64,000 bases of DNA. It comes from an uncultured Acidobacteriota bacterium (GTDB lineage: Bacteria > Acidobacteriota > Thermoanaerobaculia > UBA5066). The notes below the pieces were generated by a model. That model saw only the letters and a program-made list of their open reading frames with translations, did not search any database and was not told where the DNA came from. The stretch covers positions 1,696,001 to 1,760,000 of the forward strand of contig CAVZYA010000001.1 in the NCBI GenBank assembly GCA_963779415.1. Direction: 5' to 3'. Position 1 is the stretch's first letter. The number at the start of each line of letters is the position of its first letter. Shown piece after piece: positions 52,111 through 61,663 of the stretch. The translations under genes and the position numbers were made by a program.

Positions 52111-52184
52111 AAGACTGTGTTGAAGTCGTGGAAGTCGCGTCCGGCGGCACCGAGGATGACGACGCGACGCACCGTGTAAGCCAT
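52098..52184 (-). pseudogene. 5' stub duplicate of the COG2403 gene
   Basis: GGAGG RBS, MAYTVRRVVILGAAGRDFHDFNTVFRNDP; 52108-52163 matches 48547-48602 at 53 of 56 nt. Confidence 0.9.
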
Positions 52185-52195
52185 GAAAACCTCCG

Positions 52196-53239
52196 TCAGA
52201 TTCTCGCGAGGGAGTATGCCTTCGGCTCCGCCACCATGTCGTTCAGACGCGTCACATCGGCTTTCGATCCGATGAAGATCGGCGTTCGCTGGTGGTTCCT
52301 CTCCGGGAGGAGGTCGAGGATCCGTCCGTGGCCGTCGCTCGCCGCGCCGCCGGCCGCTTCCGAGACCGCAGCGAGCGGCGCCGCTTCGTACATGAGGCGG
52401 ATCTTCCCTTTGGGCCTCGTGTACGTCGCGGGGTACATGTAGATCCCCCCCTTGAGGAGGATCCGGTGGAAGTCCGAGACGAGGGCGCCCGAGTAGCGGG
52501 TCGAGTAGGGGCGTCCCGTCTCCGGGTCCCGCTGCTGGACCCATTCGACGAAGAGCCGTGCCCCTTCCTCCCATTCCTGGATCGCCCCTTCGTTCGCGCC
52601 GTAGTACGCCCCTTTTTCGGGGATCCTCACGTCGGGATTCGACAGGAGAAACTCGCCGATTCCCGGATCGAGCGTGAAGATGTGGACGCCCGGGTTCCCC
52701 TCGGCCGTGTAGACGAGCGTCGTCGACGGGCCGTAGGAGAAGTACCCCGCGACGACCTGCTCGCGGGAGATGCGCGCCATCAGCTCGGCTTCCGACGAGA
52801 TCGGGCCGCTCTTCGTCAGACGCCGGACCGAGAAGATCGACCCGACCCCGCCGTTGACGTCCAGATTCGAGGAGCCGTCGAGCGGGTCGAGAAAGACGAT
52901 GTACTTTCCGGCCTGCGTGTTCTCGGGCAGGTGCGCCGGAAGGTCCATCTCCTCCGTCACGATCAGCGGCACGAGCTGCCCGTACGAGAACGCCTCGAGG
53001 AAGACCTCGTTCGCAATGGCGTCCAGCTTCTGCTGCTGCTCTCCCTGCACGTTCATATCGCCCGAGGCCCCGAGGACGTCCATGAGCCCCGACGCCGAGA
53101 GGAGGCGCGAGATCCTCTTCCCCGCGAGGCCGAGCTGCGAGAGAAGGGCGGAGAGCTCGCCGGTGGCCTCCGGAAAGTGCCGCTCCGACTCGAAGAGGTA
53201 CCGGTGGAGCCGCATGCCGACACGGGGATCCCGGCTCAT
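52196..53239 (-). CDS. fbp: Class 1 fructose-1,6-bisphosphatase
   Basis: NVQGE.Q.KLD, DPLDGSSN, RYSG.LV.DFHR, RLMYEAAP. Confidence 0.95.
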   Translation of the reverse strand: MSRDPRVGMRLHRYLFESERHFPEATGELSALLSQLGLAGKRISRLLSASGLMDVLGASGDMNVQGEQQQKLDAIANEVFLEAFSYGQLVPLIVTEEMDLPAHLPENTQAGKYIVFLDPLDGSSNLDVNGGVGSIFSVRRLTKSGPISSEAELMARISREQVVAGYFSYGPSTTLVYTAEGNPGVHIFTLDPGIGEFLLSNPDVRIPEKGAYYGANEGAIQEWEEGARLFVEWVQQRDPETGRPYSTRYSGALVSDFHRILLKGGIYMYPATYTRPKGKIRLMYEAAPLAAVSEAAGGAASDGHGRILDLLPERNHQRTPIFIGSKADVTRLNDMVAEPKAYSLARI

Positions 53240-54231
53240 GAGACCGCCTTTCCTTCCGCGCTCCGCGCGGCAGCACGCGCCGCGCCGAAAAGCGCGCACG
53301 CGTCGTTCAGGACGACCCGGACCGGAATTCGCGAAAGGAGGGGCGCGAGCCGCCCCTTGTCACGGAAGGCTCCGAAGAACGTCCCGTCGAGGAGCTTCGG
53401 AAGGACCTTCGGCGCGATCCCGCCCCCCAGATAGACGCCCGCCGTCGCCATCACCTTGAGCGCCAGATTACCCGCCTCCGCCCCCCAGATCGACATCCAG
53501 TGATCGAGAGCCCGGGCGGCCACCGGATCGGTCCCGGCGATCGCGGAGCCGGAGACGGCCGGCGCCGCGTCGCCCTGCCGGACGATCTCCTCCGCGAGAA
53601 AGGCGGGCTCGGGCACTCCCGAGCGCTCGCGTTCGAACCGGTAGACGGCGGCAAGGCCCGGCCCGGAGACGACGCGCTCGACGGACACGTGCGGTAACCC
53701 CCTCTGGAAGTGCCGAAGGAGATCGACCTCCCACGGCGTTCGCGGCGCGAAGCTCGCGTGTCCTCCCTCGGAAGGAAGCGCCCGCCAACTTCTCCCCTCG
53801 CGGACGAGGAACCCTTCTCCGAGACCGGTACCGGGCGAGATCAGCGCGGCGCACCCCTCGGGGTCTTCGTCTCCACGGTTGACGACGGCGAAGTCGTCCG
53901 GCCCGAGCTCGGCGAGACCGAGGCCGTTTGCGACGAGATCGTTGAGGAGGACGACACCGGGGAGACCGAGACCGGCCGCGAGGCCGGAAGCGTCCACCAC
54001 CCACGGAAGGTTCGTCGCTTCGCAGCGCGCCTTCCGGACCGGGCCCGCAACGCCGAAGCCCGCGGCACGGAAGTCACGCCGCGAGCCGACGTAGTGCCGG
54101 ACCGCGTCGCCGAGGCTCCCGAAGTCGCGGCTCCGGAGCTTCGCCTCGTCGCGCCGGACCAGGCGATCCCCCTCGACGGAGAAGAGCGCGAGACGGAGAT
54201 TCGTACCGCCGACGTCGCCGGCCAGGATCAC
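53236..54231 (-). CDS. glk: Glucokinase
   Basis: AGDVGGTN.R, AGPV, TNLPW, LND, PGTGLG, SEGGH, VS.ERV.SGPGL. Confidence 0.95.
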   Translation of the reverse strand: MILAGDVGGTNLRLALFSVEGDRLVRRDEAKLRSRDFGSLGDAVRHYVGSRRDFRAAGFGVAGPVRKARCEATNLPWVVDASGLAAGLGLPGVVLLNDLVANGLGLAELGPDDFAVVNRGDEDPEGCAALISPGTGLGEGFLVREGRSWRALPSEGGHASFAPRTPWEVDLLRHFQRGLPHVSVERVVSGPGLAAVYRFERERSGVPEPAFLAEEIVRQGDAAPAVSGSAIAGTDPVAARALDHWMSIWGAEAGNLALKVMATAGVYLGGGIAPKVLPKLLDGTFFGAFRDKGRLAPLLSRIPVRVVLNDACALFGAARAAARSAEGKAVS

Positions 54232-54244
54232 GTCGTCCTCCGTC

Positions 54245-55747
54245 CTAGGGACGCCGCCAGCGGCGGCCGTCGCGCGCGAGGAGGGCCACGGCGGCCTCGG
54301 GACCCCAGGTCCCCGCGTCGTAGTTCGGGTGGTCCGCCGGCGGGTTGTCGCGCCAGGCGTCGAGAACGGGCGTCACGAGCTCCCACGCCGCCTCCACCTC
54401 GTCGCGCCGCGCGAAGAGGGTCGAATCGCCGTTCAGGGCGTCCATCAGGAGCCTCTCGTACGCCTCGGGCTGCGACGTGCCGAAGAACTCCGAGTACTTG
54501 AAGTTCATCGTCACGGTGTCGATCTTCATCGACGTTCCCGGCTGCTTCGCGCCGAACTTCAGCGCGATTCCCTCGTCCGGCTGGATCCGGAGAATCAGCG
54601 TGTTCGGCTCCTGCCGCGCCATCCCCGTCTTCCGGAAGAACGCGATCGGCGGCGTCCGGAACTGGATCGCGATCTCCGTGACGCGCCTCGGCATCCGCTT
54701 TCCGGCGCGGAGGTAGAACGGCACGCCCGCCCAGCGCCAGTTCTCCACCTGCACTTTCCACGCGGCATAGGTCTCCCGGAGCGACATCGGGTGGACGTCC
54801 TTCTCGCTCCGGTACCCGGAGACCGGCTGCCCGGCGATCGCGCCCGGACCGTACTGCCCGCGCACCGTGTCCGCGAGGATCTCCTCCGGCGTCTGCGGCC
54901 GGATCGACCGGAGGACCTTCACCTTCTCGTCGCGGACCGCGTTCGGCTCGAAGGCCACCGGAGGCTCCATCGCGACGAGGCAGAGGAGCTGGAGGGCGTG
55001 GTTCTGGATGATGTCGCGGAGGATCCCCGCCTCCTCGTAGAACTTCCCGCGCCCCTCGACGCCGATCGACTCGGCCACCGTGATCTGGACGTGGTCGACG
55101 TACCGCCGGTTCCAGAGCGGCTCGAAGAGGCCGTTCCCGAGGCGGAAGACGAGGATGTTCTGCGTCGTCTCCTTCCCGAGGTAGTGGTCGATCCGGAAGA
55201 CCTGCCGCTCGCGGAAGACGGAGGCGATCTCGTCGTTCAGGGCGTGTGCGGTCGCGAGGTCCTGTCCGAACGGCTTCTCGACGATGACACGCGACCACGG
55301 GCCGTGGTCGACCGGGCGGACGAGGCCCGCCTCGCCGAGATCCCGGACGGCGGCGCCGATCGCCGACGGAGGAATGGCGAGGTAGTAGAGGCGGTTTCCC
55401 GCGAGGCCGCGTGCCTCCTCGAGCGTCTGAAGTCGCTCCTTCAGCTCGGCGAACCTCTTCGGGGCGTTCAGGTCCCCCCGGAAGAAGAAGAGGCGCGAGG
55501 CGAACGCGTCCCATTCGGCGCTCTCCACCGGTTTCGTCCGGGCGAATTCCGAGACCGCCGCTTTCATCTCGGCCCGGTAGGTCTCGTCCGATTTCCCGGT
55601 TCTCGCGTACCCGACGATCGCGGTCTCCGGGGGGAGCTGCTTCTCCCGGTGAAGCGCGAAGAGGGCCGGGACGAGCTTCCGCTTCGAGAGGTCCCCGGAG
55701 CCTCCGAAGATGACGATCGTCGCCGGGCCGGGAGGGGCGCCGCTCAT
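54245..55747 (-). CDS. zwf: Glucose-6-phosphate dehydrogenase
   Basis: GGSGDL, EKPFG, RIDHYLGKE, QNH.LQ, RWAGVPFY. Confidence 0.97.
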   Translation of the reverse strand: MSGAPPGPATIVIFGGSGDLSKRKLVPALFALHREKQLPPETAIVGYARTGKSDETYRAEMKAAVSEFARTKPVESAEWDAFASRLFFFRGDLNAPKRFAELKERLQTLEEARGLAGNRLYYLAIPPSAIGAAVRDLGEAGLVRPVDHGPWSRVIVEKPFGQDLATAHALNDEIASVFRERQVFRIDHYLGKETTQNILVFRLGNGLFEPLWNRRYVDHVQITVAESIGVEGRGKFYEEAGILRDIIQNHALQLLCLVAMEPPVAFEPNAVRDEKVKVLRSIRPQTPEEILADTVRGQYGPGAIAGQPVSGYRSEKDVHPMSLRETYAAWKVQVENWRWAGVPFYLRAGKRMPRRVTEIAIQFRTPPIAFFRKTGMARQEPNTLILRIQPDEGIALKFGAKQPGTSMKIDTVTMNFKYSEFFGTSQPEAYERLLMDALNGDSTLFARRDEVEAAWELVTPVLDAWRDNPPADHPNYDAGTWGPEAAVALLARDGRRWRRP

Positions 55748-57675
55748 CCCGCGAGCTCGAGGACGGCGGCGGCGATCGACGCTCCGTCGAGCCCCATCCT
55801 CCGGTAAAGCTCCTTCGCCGGCCCCGACGACGCGTAGGCCGTCACTCCGAGCTTTCGGACGCGGGGGGCGATGCCGAGTTCCGAGAGGCGGACCTGGAGC
55901 CACGTTCCGAGCCCCGTCTTCGGGTTGTGGTCCTCGACGGTGACGATCTTCCCGTGGCGCGCGGCGAAACTAACGTCCTCGTCGGAAAGGTCGCTCCAGC
56001 AGGCGACCGAGACGAGGTCCGGGGCCTTTCCCTCCTTCGCAAGGAGGTTCCAGGCGTCGAGCGCGTAAGGGAGCATGTTTCCCGCGCAGACGATCGTCGC
56101 CTTGGCCCCCGGGCGGATCCGGTCGGCCTTCGTCGGGTGAAAAGCGTAGGCGCCCGCGAAAAAGGGCGATCCGTCCTCGCGCGCGATCACGGGGACCTTC
56201 GACCGCCCCATGACGATCGCGTGATTCCCCCGGTGCGCCGCCATCCACCGGACGATTCGGTCCGTCTGATTCGGGTCGGCCGGCGTCAACACCTTCCAGC
56301 CGAACGTCGAGTTCAGAAGGCCGAAGTAGTCGATGGAGTGGTGCGTCTTGCCGTCCTCGCCGACGTCGATCCCCGCGTGCGTCACGGCGAGCTTCACGTT
56401 CGCCTCGTTGACGTCGTTCAGACGCTGCTGGTTGTACGTTTCCGCCACGCCGAACATCGCGAAGTCGCCCCAAAAGGCCAGAACGCCCGAGAGCGAGAGC
56501 GCCCCCGTGACGACGGCGGCGTTGTGCTCGGCGATGCCGCCCTGGAAAAAGCCCGTCGGGTGCTTCGCCGCGAAGAGGTCCGTCTTCGTCGACTTCAGAA
56601 GGTCGCAGTCGAGAACGGTCATCGGAACCTTCGCCGCCAGAGCGGCGTCGCCGACTTCCTGGAGCGCCTGGCCGAAGGCCGTCCGGTTGTCCGTGGAGGC
56701 ATCCGTTCCGTAGGTTCGCGGGGCTCCCGCGTCGGGAAGGACGACGCTCTCGGAGGGACGCGCCGGGAGGGCGGCATGCCAGTCGGGAGCGGGTTTCTTC
56801 CGCTCGGCGATCCAGTGGTCGAGATCGTCGGAGAGGCCGAGGATCGCGAGCGCCTCGCGGCACTTCTCGACGGAGAGGGCCGCGCCGTGCCACTTGTACC
56901 CCTCCTTCTCCATGAAGGGGATCCCCTTCGACATGACCGTGTGGCAGGCGACGAGCGTCGGCTTCGCCGCGCAGAGCGCGGCACGGACCGCCCGGTAGAC
57001 GGCGCGGACGTCGTGTCCGTCCACCTCGACGACTTCCCAGCCGTCCGCCCTCCAGCCGGAGAGGATGTGCTGCGGCATGATGTCGGCGTTGGTGCCGGAG
57101 AGCTGGATCCGGTTCCAGTCGAGGAGGGCGACGAGGTTCGATAGGCCGTATTTGGCCGCGAAACGCCGCGCCTCGGCGAGCTGCCCCTTCTGCTGCTCGC
57201 CGTCCCCCATGGCGCAGAAGACTTTCGCGCCGGTTCCCTGGATCTTCGCCGACAAGGCGAAGCCGACGGCGGCCGAGAGTCCCTGTCCGAGGTTCCCCGT
57301 TCCCCACTCGATTCCGGGAACGTCGCGCTCGACGTGCCCCTCGAAAGGCGCTCCCGCGCGACGGAAGCCGAGGAGCGGAAGCGCGACGTCGAAGTACCCG
57401 AGCCTCGCGAGCGCGGCATACGCCGCGGGCGAGGTGTGCCCGTGCGAGATGACGATGCGGTCCCGGCCCCGACGGAAGGGATTCTTCGGATCGCAGCTCG
57501 CGAAGCCCCAGAGGACGAGCTCGAAGTCGATAGAGGACATCGACCCCCCCGGATGGCCGGAGGCGGCGAGCGTCGTCATTTTCAGGATGTCGCCGCGGCA
57601 GAGCCGGCCGAGCTCTCCGAGGCGGGCGGCCTGTGCGTCGGAGAGCTCCTCCGGGACGAAGTCGCCGAGAATCAC
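55744..57675 (-). CDS. tkt: Transketolase (single chain)
   Basis: SGHPGG, SHGH, GNLGQG, GDGE..N, GIAEH, GEDGKTH, VEDH; GTG start overlapping the tal stop. Confidence 0.92.
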   Translation of the reverse strand: MILGDFVPEELSDAQAARLGELGRLCRGDILKMTTLAASGHPGGSMSSIDFELVLWGFASCDPKNPFRRGRDRIVISHGHTSPAAYAALARLGYFDVALPLLGFRRAGAPFEGHVERDVPGIEWGTGNLGQGLSAAVGFALSAKIQGTGAKVFCAMGDGEQQKGQLAEARRFAAKYGLSNLVALLDWNRIQLSGTNADIMPQHILSGWRADGWEVVEVDGHDVRAVYRAVRAALCAAKPTLVACHTVMSKGIPFMEKEGYKWHGAALSVEKCREALAILGLSDDLDHWIAERKKPAPDWHAALPARPSESVVLPDAGAPRTYGTDASTDNRTAFGQALQEVGDAALAAKVPMTVLDCDLLKSTKTDLFAAKHPTGFFQGGIAEHNAAVVTGALSLSGVLAFWGDFAMFGVAETYNQQRLNDVNEANVKLAVTHAGIDVGEDGKTHHSIDYFGLLNSTFGWKVLTPADPNQTDRIVRWMAAHRGNHAIVMGRSKVPVIAREDGSPFFAGAYAFHPTKADRIRPGAKATIVCAGNMLPYALDAWNLLAKEGKAPDLVSVACWSDLSDEDVSFAARHGKIVTVEDHNPKTGLGTWLQVRLSELGIAPRVRKLGVTAYASSGPAKELYRRMGLDGASIAAAVLELAG

Positions 57676-58817
57676 CTCCGCACCCCCGTCTTCGGCGCCG
57701 CCGCGAGCCGCCGCGCCTCGATCGTGGCGAGGAGGTCGTCGTACGACTTCGAAAAGGAGGCGACGCCGTCCGCCTGGAGCTTCTCCCCGAGCGCCTCGAC
57801 GTCGAGACCGAAGGTCCGGAGGTCGTCGAGGACCTTCCGGGCATCGTCGACCCCTTCGAGAACCGTATCGCCGGAACATCTTCCGTGGTCGAGGAGCGCG
57901 CCGAGCGTCTTCTCCGGCATCGTGTTCACCGTGTCGGGGCCGATCAGGTTCTCGACGTAGAGAAGATCGCTGTACGCGGGGTTCTTCGTCCCGGTCGAGG
58001 CCCAGAGCGGGCGCTGGACGCGCGCCCCCTTTTCCGCGAGCGCGCGGACCTCCGTGCCGCCGAAGATGGAGAGATAGTCCTGATAGACCACCTTCGCGTT
58101 CGCGAGGGCGGCCTTTCCCTTCAGCGACTCGAGCTTCGCCTTCTCCGCTCCGCCGGCCTTCGCGATCCGATCGTCGAGAAGCTTGTCGGCGAGGGTGTCG
58201 ACGCGGGAGACGAAGAACGAGGCGACGGAGGCCACTTTCGACAGATCGCCCCCTTTCGCCGCGAGGTCCCGGAGGCCCCCGATGTAGGCGGCCGCGACGT
58301 CGCGGTAGTGCCTCCGGTTGAACATCAGGGTGACGTTGACCGGAATGCCGCCCCCGATGAGCCGCTGGATCGCCGGAATTCCCTCCGGAGTCGCCGGGAC
58401 CTTGATGAAGACGTTCGGCCGAGAGAGGAGCTTCGAGAGCCGCGTCGCCTCCCGCACCGTCTCCTCCTCGCGGTGCGCGAGCGACGGAAGGACCTCCAGC
58501 GAGATCCAGCCGTCCTCCGGATGGACGGCATGCTGCGCGGCGAAGAGGTCCGCGCCCCGTCCGATGTCGTGCCGTGTCAGCTCGTCGTAGATCGCGAACG
58601 CATCGGCTCCGGCCGCCGCCCTCCGCCCGATCGCCGCGCTGTAGTCTCCCTCGTCCTTCTCGATCGCCTGCCCGAAGATCGTCGGGTTCGAGGTGACGCC
58701 GTAGACGGTCCCCGCCCCGATCCAGCCGGCGAGCCTCCCGGACGTGATCATCCGGTCCGAGATGCTGTCCATCCAGACGGCCTGCCCGCGGCGGCGGTAT
58801 TCGACCGGAACACTCAT
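57672..58817 (-). CDS. tal: Transaldolase
   Basis: GVTSNPTIF, FIKVPAT, VNVTL.F, SFFVSRVD, LWASTGTKNP, TVNTMP. Confidence 0.95.
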   Translation of the reverse strand: MSVPVEYRRRGQAVWMDSISDRMITSGRLAGWIGAGTVYGVTSNPTIFGQAIEKDEGDYSAAIGRRAAAGADAFAIYDELTRHDIGRGADLFAAQHAVHPEDGWISLEVLPSLAHREEETVREATRLSKLLSRPNVFIKVPATPEGIPAIQRLIGGGIPVNVTLMFNRRHYRDVAAAYIGGLRDLAAKGGDLSKVASVASFFVSRVDTLADKLLDDRIAKAGGAEKAKLESLKGKAALANAKVVYQDYLSIFGGTEVRALAEKGARVQRPLWASTGTKNPAYSDLLYVENLIGPDTVNTMPEKTLGALLDHGRCSGDTVLEGVDDARKVLDDLRTFGLDVEALGEKLQADGVASFSKSYDDLLATIEARRLAAAPKTGVRR

Positions 58818-58880
58818 TCGTATCCCTCCTCGCTCCTCGATCCTATTACGCCGGCGGAGCGCCCCGGGGATGCGAAGCCC

Positions 58881-60025
58881 TCACGCGCCGGCGGGCGGAC
58901 CGTAGAGCGGGATCTTCACGCCGAGGAGCTCGAGGCGCGCCACGATGGCGGCGCGCAGTTCGGCGAGCCCCGTTCCCGAAGCCGCCGAAATCCGGATTGC
59001 GTCCGGGTCGCCCGCGACGCCAGACGGGAGGTCCGTCTTGTTGCAGACGGTCAGGACGCGCCGGCGCTCGACCCCCATCTCGTCGAGCACCTCTTCCACC
59101 GCCGTCCGCTGCGCGTCCGCCTGCGGCGAGGCGGCGTCGACGACGTGGACGAGGAGATCGGCCTCTTCGACCTCGGCGAGGGTGGAGCGGAAAGACGCCA
59201 CGAGCTGGTGCGGGAGCTTCCGGAGGAATCCGACCGTGTCGGAGACGACGATCGCCCGTCCGGCCACGCCATGGAGCCGCGCGTGGCGCGGGTCGAGCGT
59301 GGCGAAGAGACGGTCCTCCGCGAACTCCTTCGACGCGCTCAGCCGGTTGAAGAGCGTCGTCTTCCCCGCGTTCGTGTAGCCGACGAGGGCGACGACCGGA
59401 ACCTGCCGGAGGCGCTTCTTCCGCACCTCGCGGGAGCGCTCGATTTTCCGGAGCTCCTCCTTCAGCGTCGCGATCCGTCGGCGGATCTTCCGCCGGTCGA
59501 GCTCGATCTTCCGCTCGCCCGCGCCTCCCCGGAACGCGCCGCCCCCCGCTGCTGCGCGAGGCCGGTCACTCCCCCGGCGAGGCGCGGCAGAAGGTACTCC
59601 ATCTGGGCCAGCTCCACCTGCGTCATCGCCTCCCGCGAGCGCGCCCGCGCCGCGAAGATCTGGAGGATGACGCCGGGGCGGTCGAGGACGCGGGTCGGAA
59701 GGGTCTTCTCCAGGTTCCGCACCTGCGACGGGGAGAGTTCGTCGTCGAAGACCGTCCACCCCGCCCCGAGGTTCCGCCCCAGCTCGGCGAGTTCCTCGAG
59801 CTTCCCTTTTCCGACGAAGGTGGCCGGATCGGGCGACTTCCGCTCCTGAAGAGCGCGCGTGACGACCCTTCCCCCCGCGGTCTCGACCAGCCGTTCCAGC
59901 TCGTCGAGGTGGTCCTCCGCCATCGCCCGGTCGCTCTCCCGGCCGAAGACGCCGACGAGGATCGTCCTGGCGCTCCGGGGCTTCTCGGCCTCGTTGGCTT
60001 GCGGAGAGGCCGGTGACGGTTTCAC
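58881..60025 (-). CDS. hflX: GTPase HflX, split by a 1-nt deletion in the C6 run at 59542-59547
   Basis: EL..L.ETAG, G.GK.EEL, IL.IF..RA, QVELAQ..Y.LPRL in one frame; GE..IELDRR, GYTNAGK, LFATLD, DTVGF, NKTD in the next. Confidence 0.93.
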
Positions 60026-60053
60026 GCGAAGAGATGCTAGCGTATCGGCTCCG

Positions 60054-61028
60054 ATGGCTTCGCGACGCTTCCTTCCCCCCGACCTTCCGCGCCTTGGCGA
60101 ACACCTCGAAGTCCTTCGCGCCGAGTGGAGCGGCCGGAGGCTCGACTCCGACCCGCTTGCCTTTCCGCACCGCTATGCCGAGTCCGGCGACCGCGAGGTC
60201 GTCGCCTTTCTCGCGGCCTCGCTCGCCTTCGGACGGGTGGCGTCGATCAGGGCCTCGGTCGAGCGCGTCCTCGGGGAAATCGGTCCGCACCCCGCGGCGT
60301 TCCTCGAGTCGTGGGACGAGCGGCCGATCCCGGAGCTCGCGCGCTTCGTCCACCGGTGGGTCACCGGAAAGGACGTCGAAGAGTTTCTTCGAATGGTGAA
60401 GAGAGCGCGGCACGCACACGGCTCTTTGGGCGCGCTTTTCGCGAAGGGAGACGAAGAAGGGAATCTGACCGGGGTTTTCTTGGAAGGTGAAGGACCCTGC
60501 GGCGAGGCCAATCGCCCTGGCGAAGCGGACTACTCGGCGGCCCTTTCTTCCTTTCTAAGAAATCTCCGGGGTCTCTCCCCGGGTCGCGTTCCCCTCTCCC
60601 GCGGTCTCGGCTTCCTTCTCCCGTCCCCCTCTTCGACGTCGGCCCTGAAGCGCCAGCACCTGTTCCTTCGCTGGATGGTCCGGACGGAGGGCTTCGACCT
60701 CGGCCTCTGGAGGGGCGGGCGCTTCTCGCCCGCACGCCTCCTCCTCCCGATGGACACGCACGTCCACCGGATCTCCCGCTACCTCGGGCTGACGCGCCGG
60801 CCCTCCGCCGATCTCGCCGCTTCCCGCGAGGCGACGGGGTTCCTGCGGCGCCTCGATCCCCAAGACCCCGTCGCTTTCGACTGGGCGCTTTCGCGTCTCG
60901 GCATCCTCGCCGAATGCGCGGGCTCCCCGGCGCGCCGCCATTGCCAGCGGTGCGCCATCGCTCCCGTCTGCCGTGAACGGATCGGGCCCTCCCGGCCCCG
61001 GTCCGAGGAGAGAGTCGTTACCGCATGA
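60054..61028 (+). CDS. TIGR02757 / DUF2400 family protein with C-terminal Cys cluster
   Basis: DP..FPHRY, DREV.AF.AA.LAFG, SALKR..LFLRWMVR, D.G.W, P.DTHV, DP..FDWAL, C-x8-C-x2-C-x5-C. Confidence 0.85.
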   Translation: MASRRFLPPDLPRLGEHLEVLRAEWSGRRLDSDPLAFPHRYAESGDREVVAFLAASLAFGRVASIRASVERVLGEIGPHPAAFLESWDERPIPELARFVHRWVTGKDVEEFLRMVKRARHAHGSLGALFAKGDEEGNLTGVFLEGEGPCGEANRPGEADYSAALSSFLRNLRGLSPGRVPLSRGLGFLLPSPSSTSALKRQHLFLRWMVRTEGFDLGLWRGGRFSPARLLLPMDTHVHRISRYLGLTRRPSADLAASREATGFLRRLDPQDPVAFDWALSRLGILAECAGSPARRHCQRCAIAPVCRERIGPSRPRSEERVVTA

Positions 61029-61612
61029 TCGACCGGAAGAGTCTTTCCGTCCTCGCCGTGGCGGCGGTGGCCGCCGCCGTTCTCGCTTACGTCGCCAGGG
61101 ACTCGCTCCGCGCGCCGACGACCATCCGGGCCCTCCCGGCCGCGTCGGCGAGCCTCCCGGCGACGGCCACCGCCTCGTCCCGGACGGTCTCCCTTCCGGA
61201 CGGCGGAACGCGCGACCTCGCCGATCCGCCGGGGAAGCTCCTGATCCTCCACTACTGGGCCACCTGGTGCCCTCCCTGCGTCTCGGAGTTTCCGGATCTC
61301 GCCCGCTTCTGGAAGGAGTACGGAAAGAAGCCGGGCCTCGAGCTCCTCGCCGTCTCCGTAGACGAGGATTGGCGAACGGTGGACGACTGGCTGAAAAAGA
61401 ACGGGATCACCGGCATCCCGCTGGCCCTCGACCCGCGGCGCACGAGCGCGAAGGCGTTCGGGACGGAGAAGTTCCCCGAGACTTACGTCCTCTCCCCCTC
61501 CGGGGAGGTGGTGGACAAGTTCGTCGGGGCGATCCTCTGGTCGGATCCGGCCCTCCGGAAGCGGATCGACGAGCTTCTGGCGGCCTACCCCCCGGTCCGC
61601 GCCGGGGGATGA
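61025..61612 (+). CDS. TlpA/ResA family thiol-disulfide oxidoreductase
   Basis: N-terminal anchor, WATWCPPC..E.P, KFPETY. Confidence 0.9.
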   Translation: MIDRKSLSVLAVAAVAAAVLAYVARDSLRAPTTIRALPAASASLPATATASSRTVSLPDGGTRDLADPPGKLLILHYWATWCPPCVSEFPDLARFWKEYGKKPGLELLAVSVDEDWRTVDDWLKKNGITGIPLALDPRRTSAKAFGTEKFPETYVLSPSGEVVDKFVGAILWSDPALRKRIDELLAAYPPVRAGG

Positions 61613-61616
61613 AGCC

Positions 61617-61644
61617 GAACTTTTTCCCGTGGAGCTTCGTTTAA
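61617..61644 (+). promoter_or_regulatory. Putative ECF sigma promoter
   Basis: GAAC-17 nt-CGTTTAA upstream of a GAGGAGG RBS and ATG 61664. Confidence 0.45.
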
Positions 61645-61663
61645 CCCGAGGAGGAGAGACGCG

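Noticed and set aside
40190-52184. Integron cassette array or prophage explanation for the islands
   Set aside because: No integrase, no convincing attC sites, no phage genes and no tRNA target seen.
52196-58817. Absence of pgl, gnd and opcA from the pentose phosphate operon
   Set aside because: They may be elsewhere in the genome; absence cannot be judged from one window.
59530-59560. Programmed frameshift or phase variation in hflX
   Set aside because: The run is only 6 nt, hflX is not known to be recoded, and similar indels are scattered across the window.
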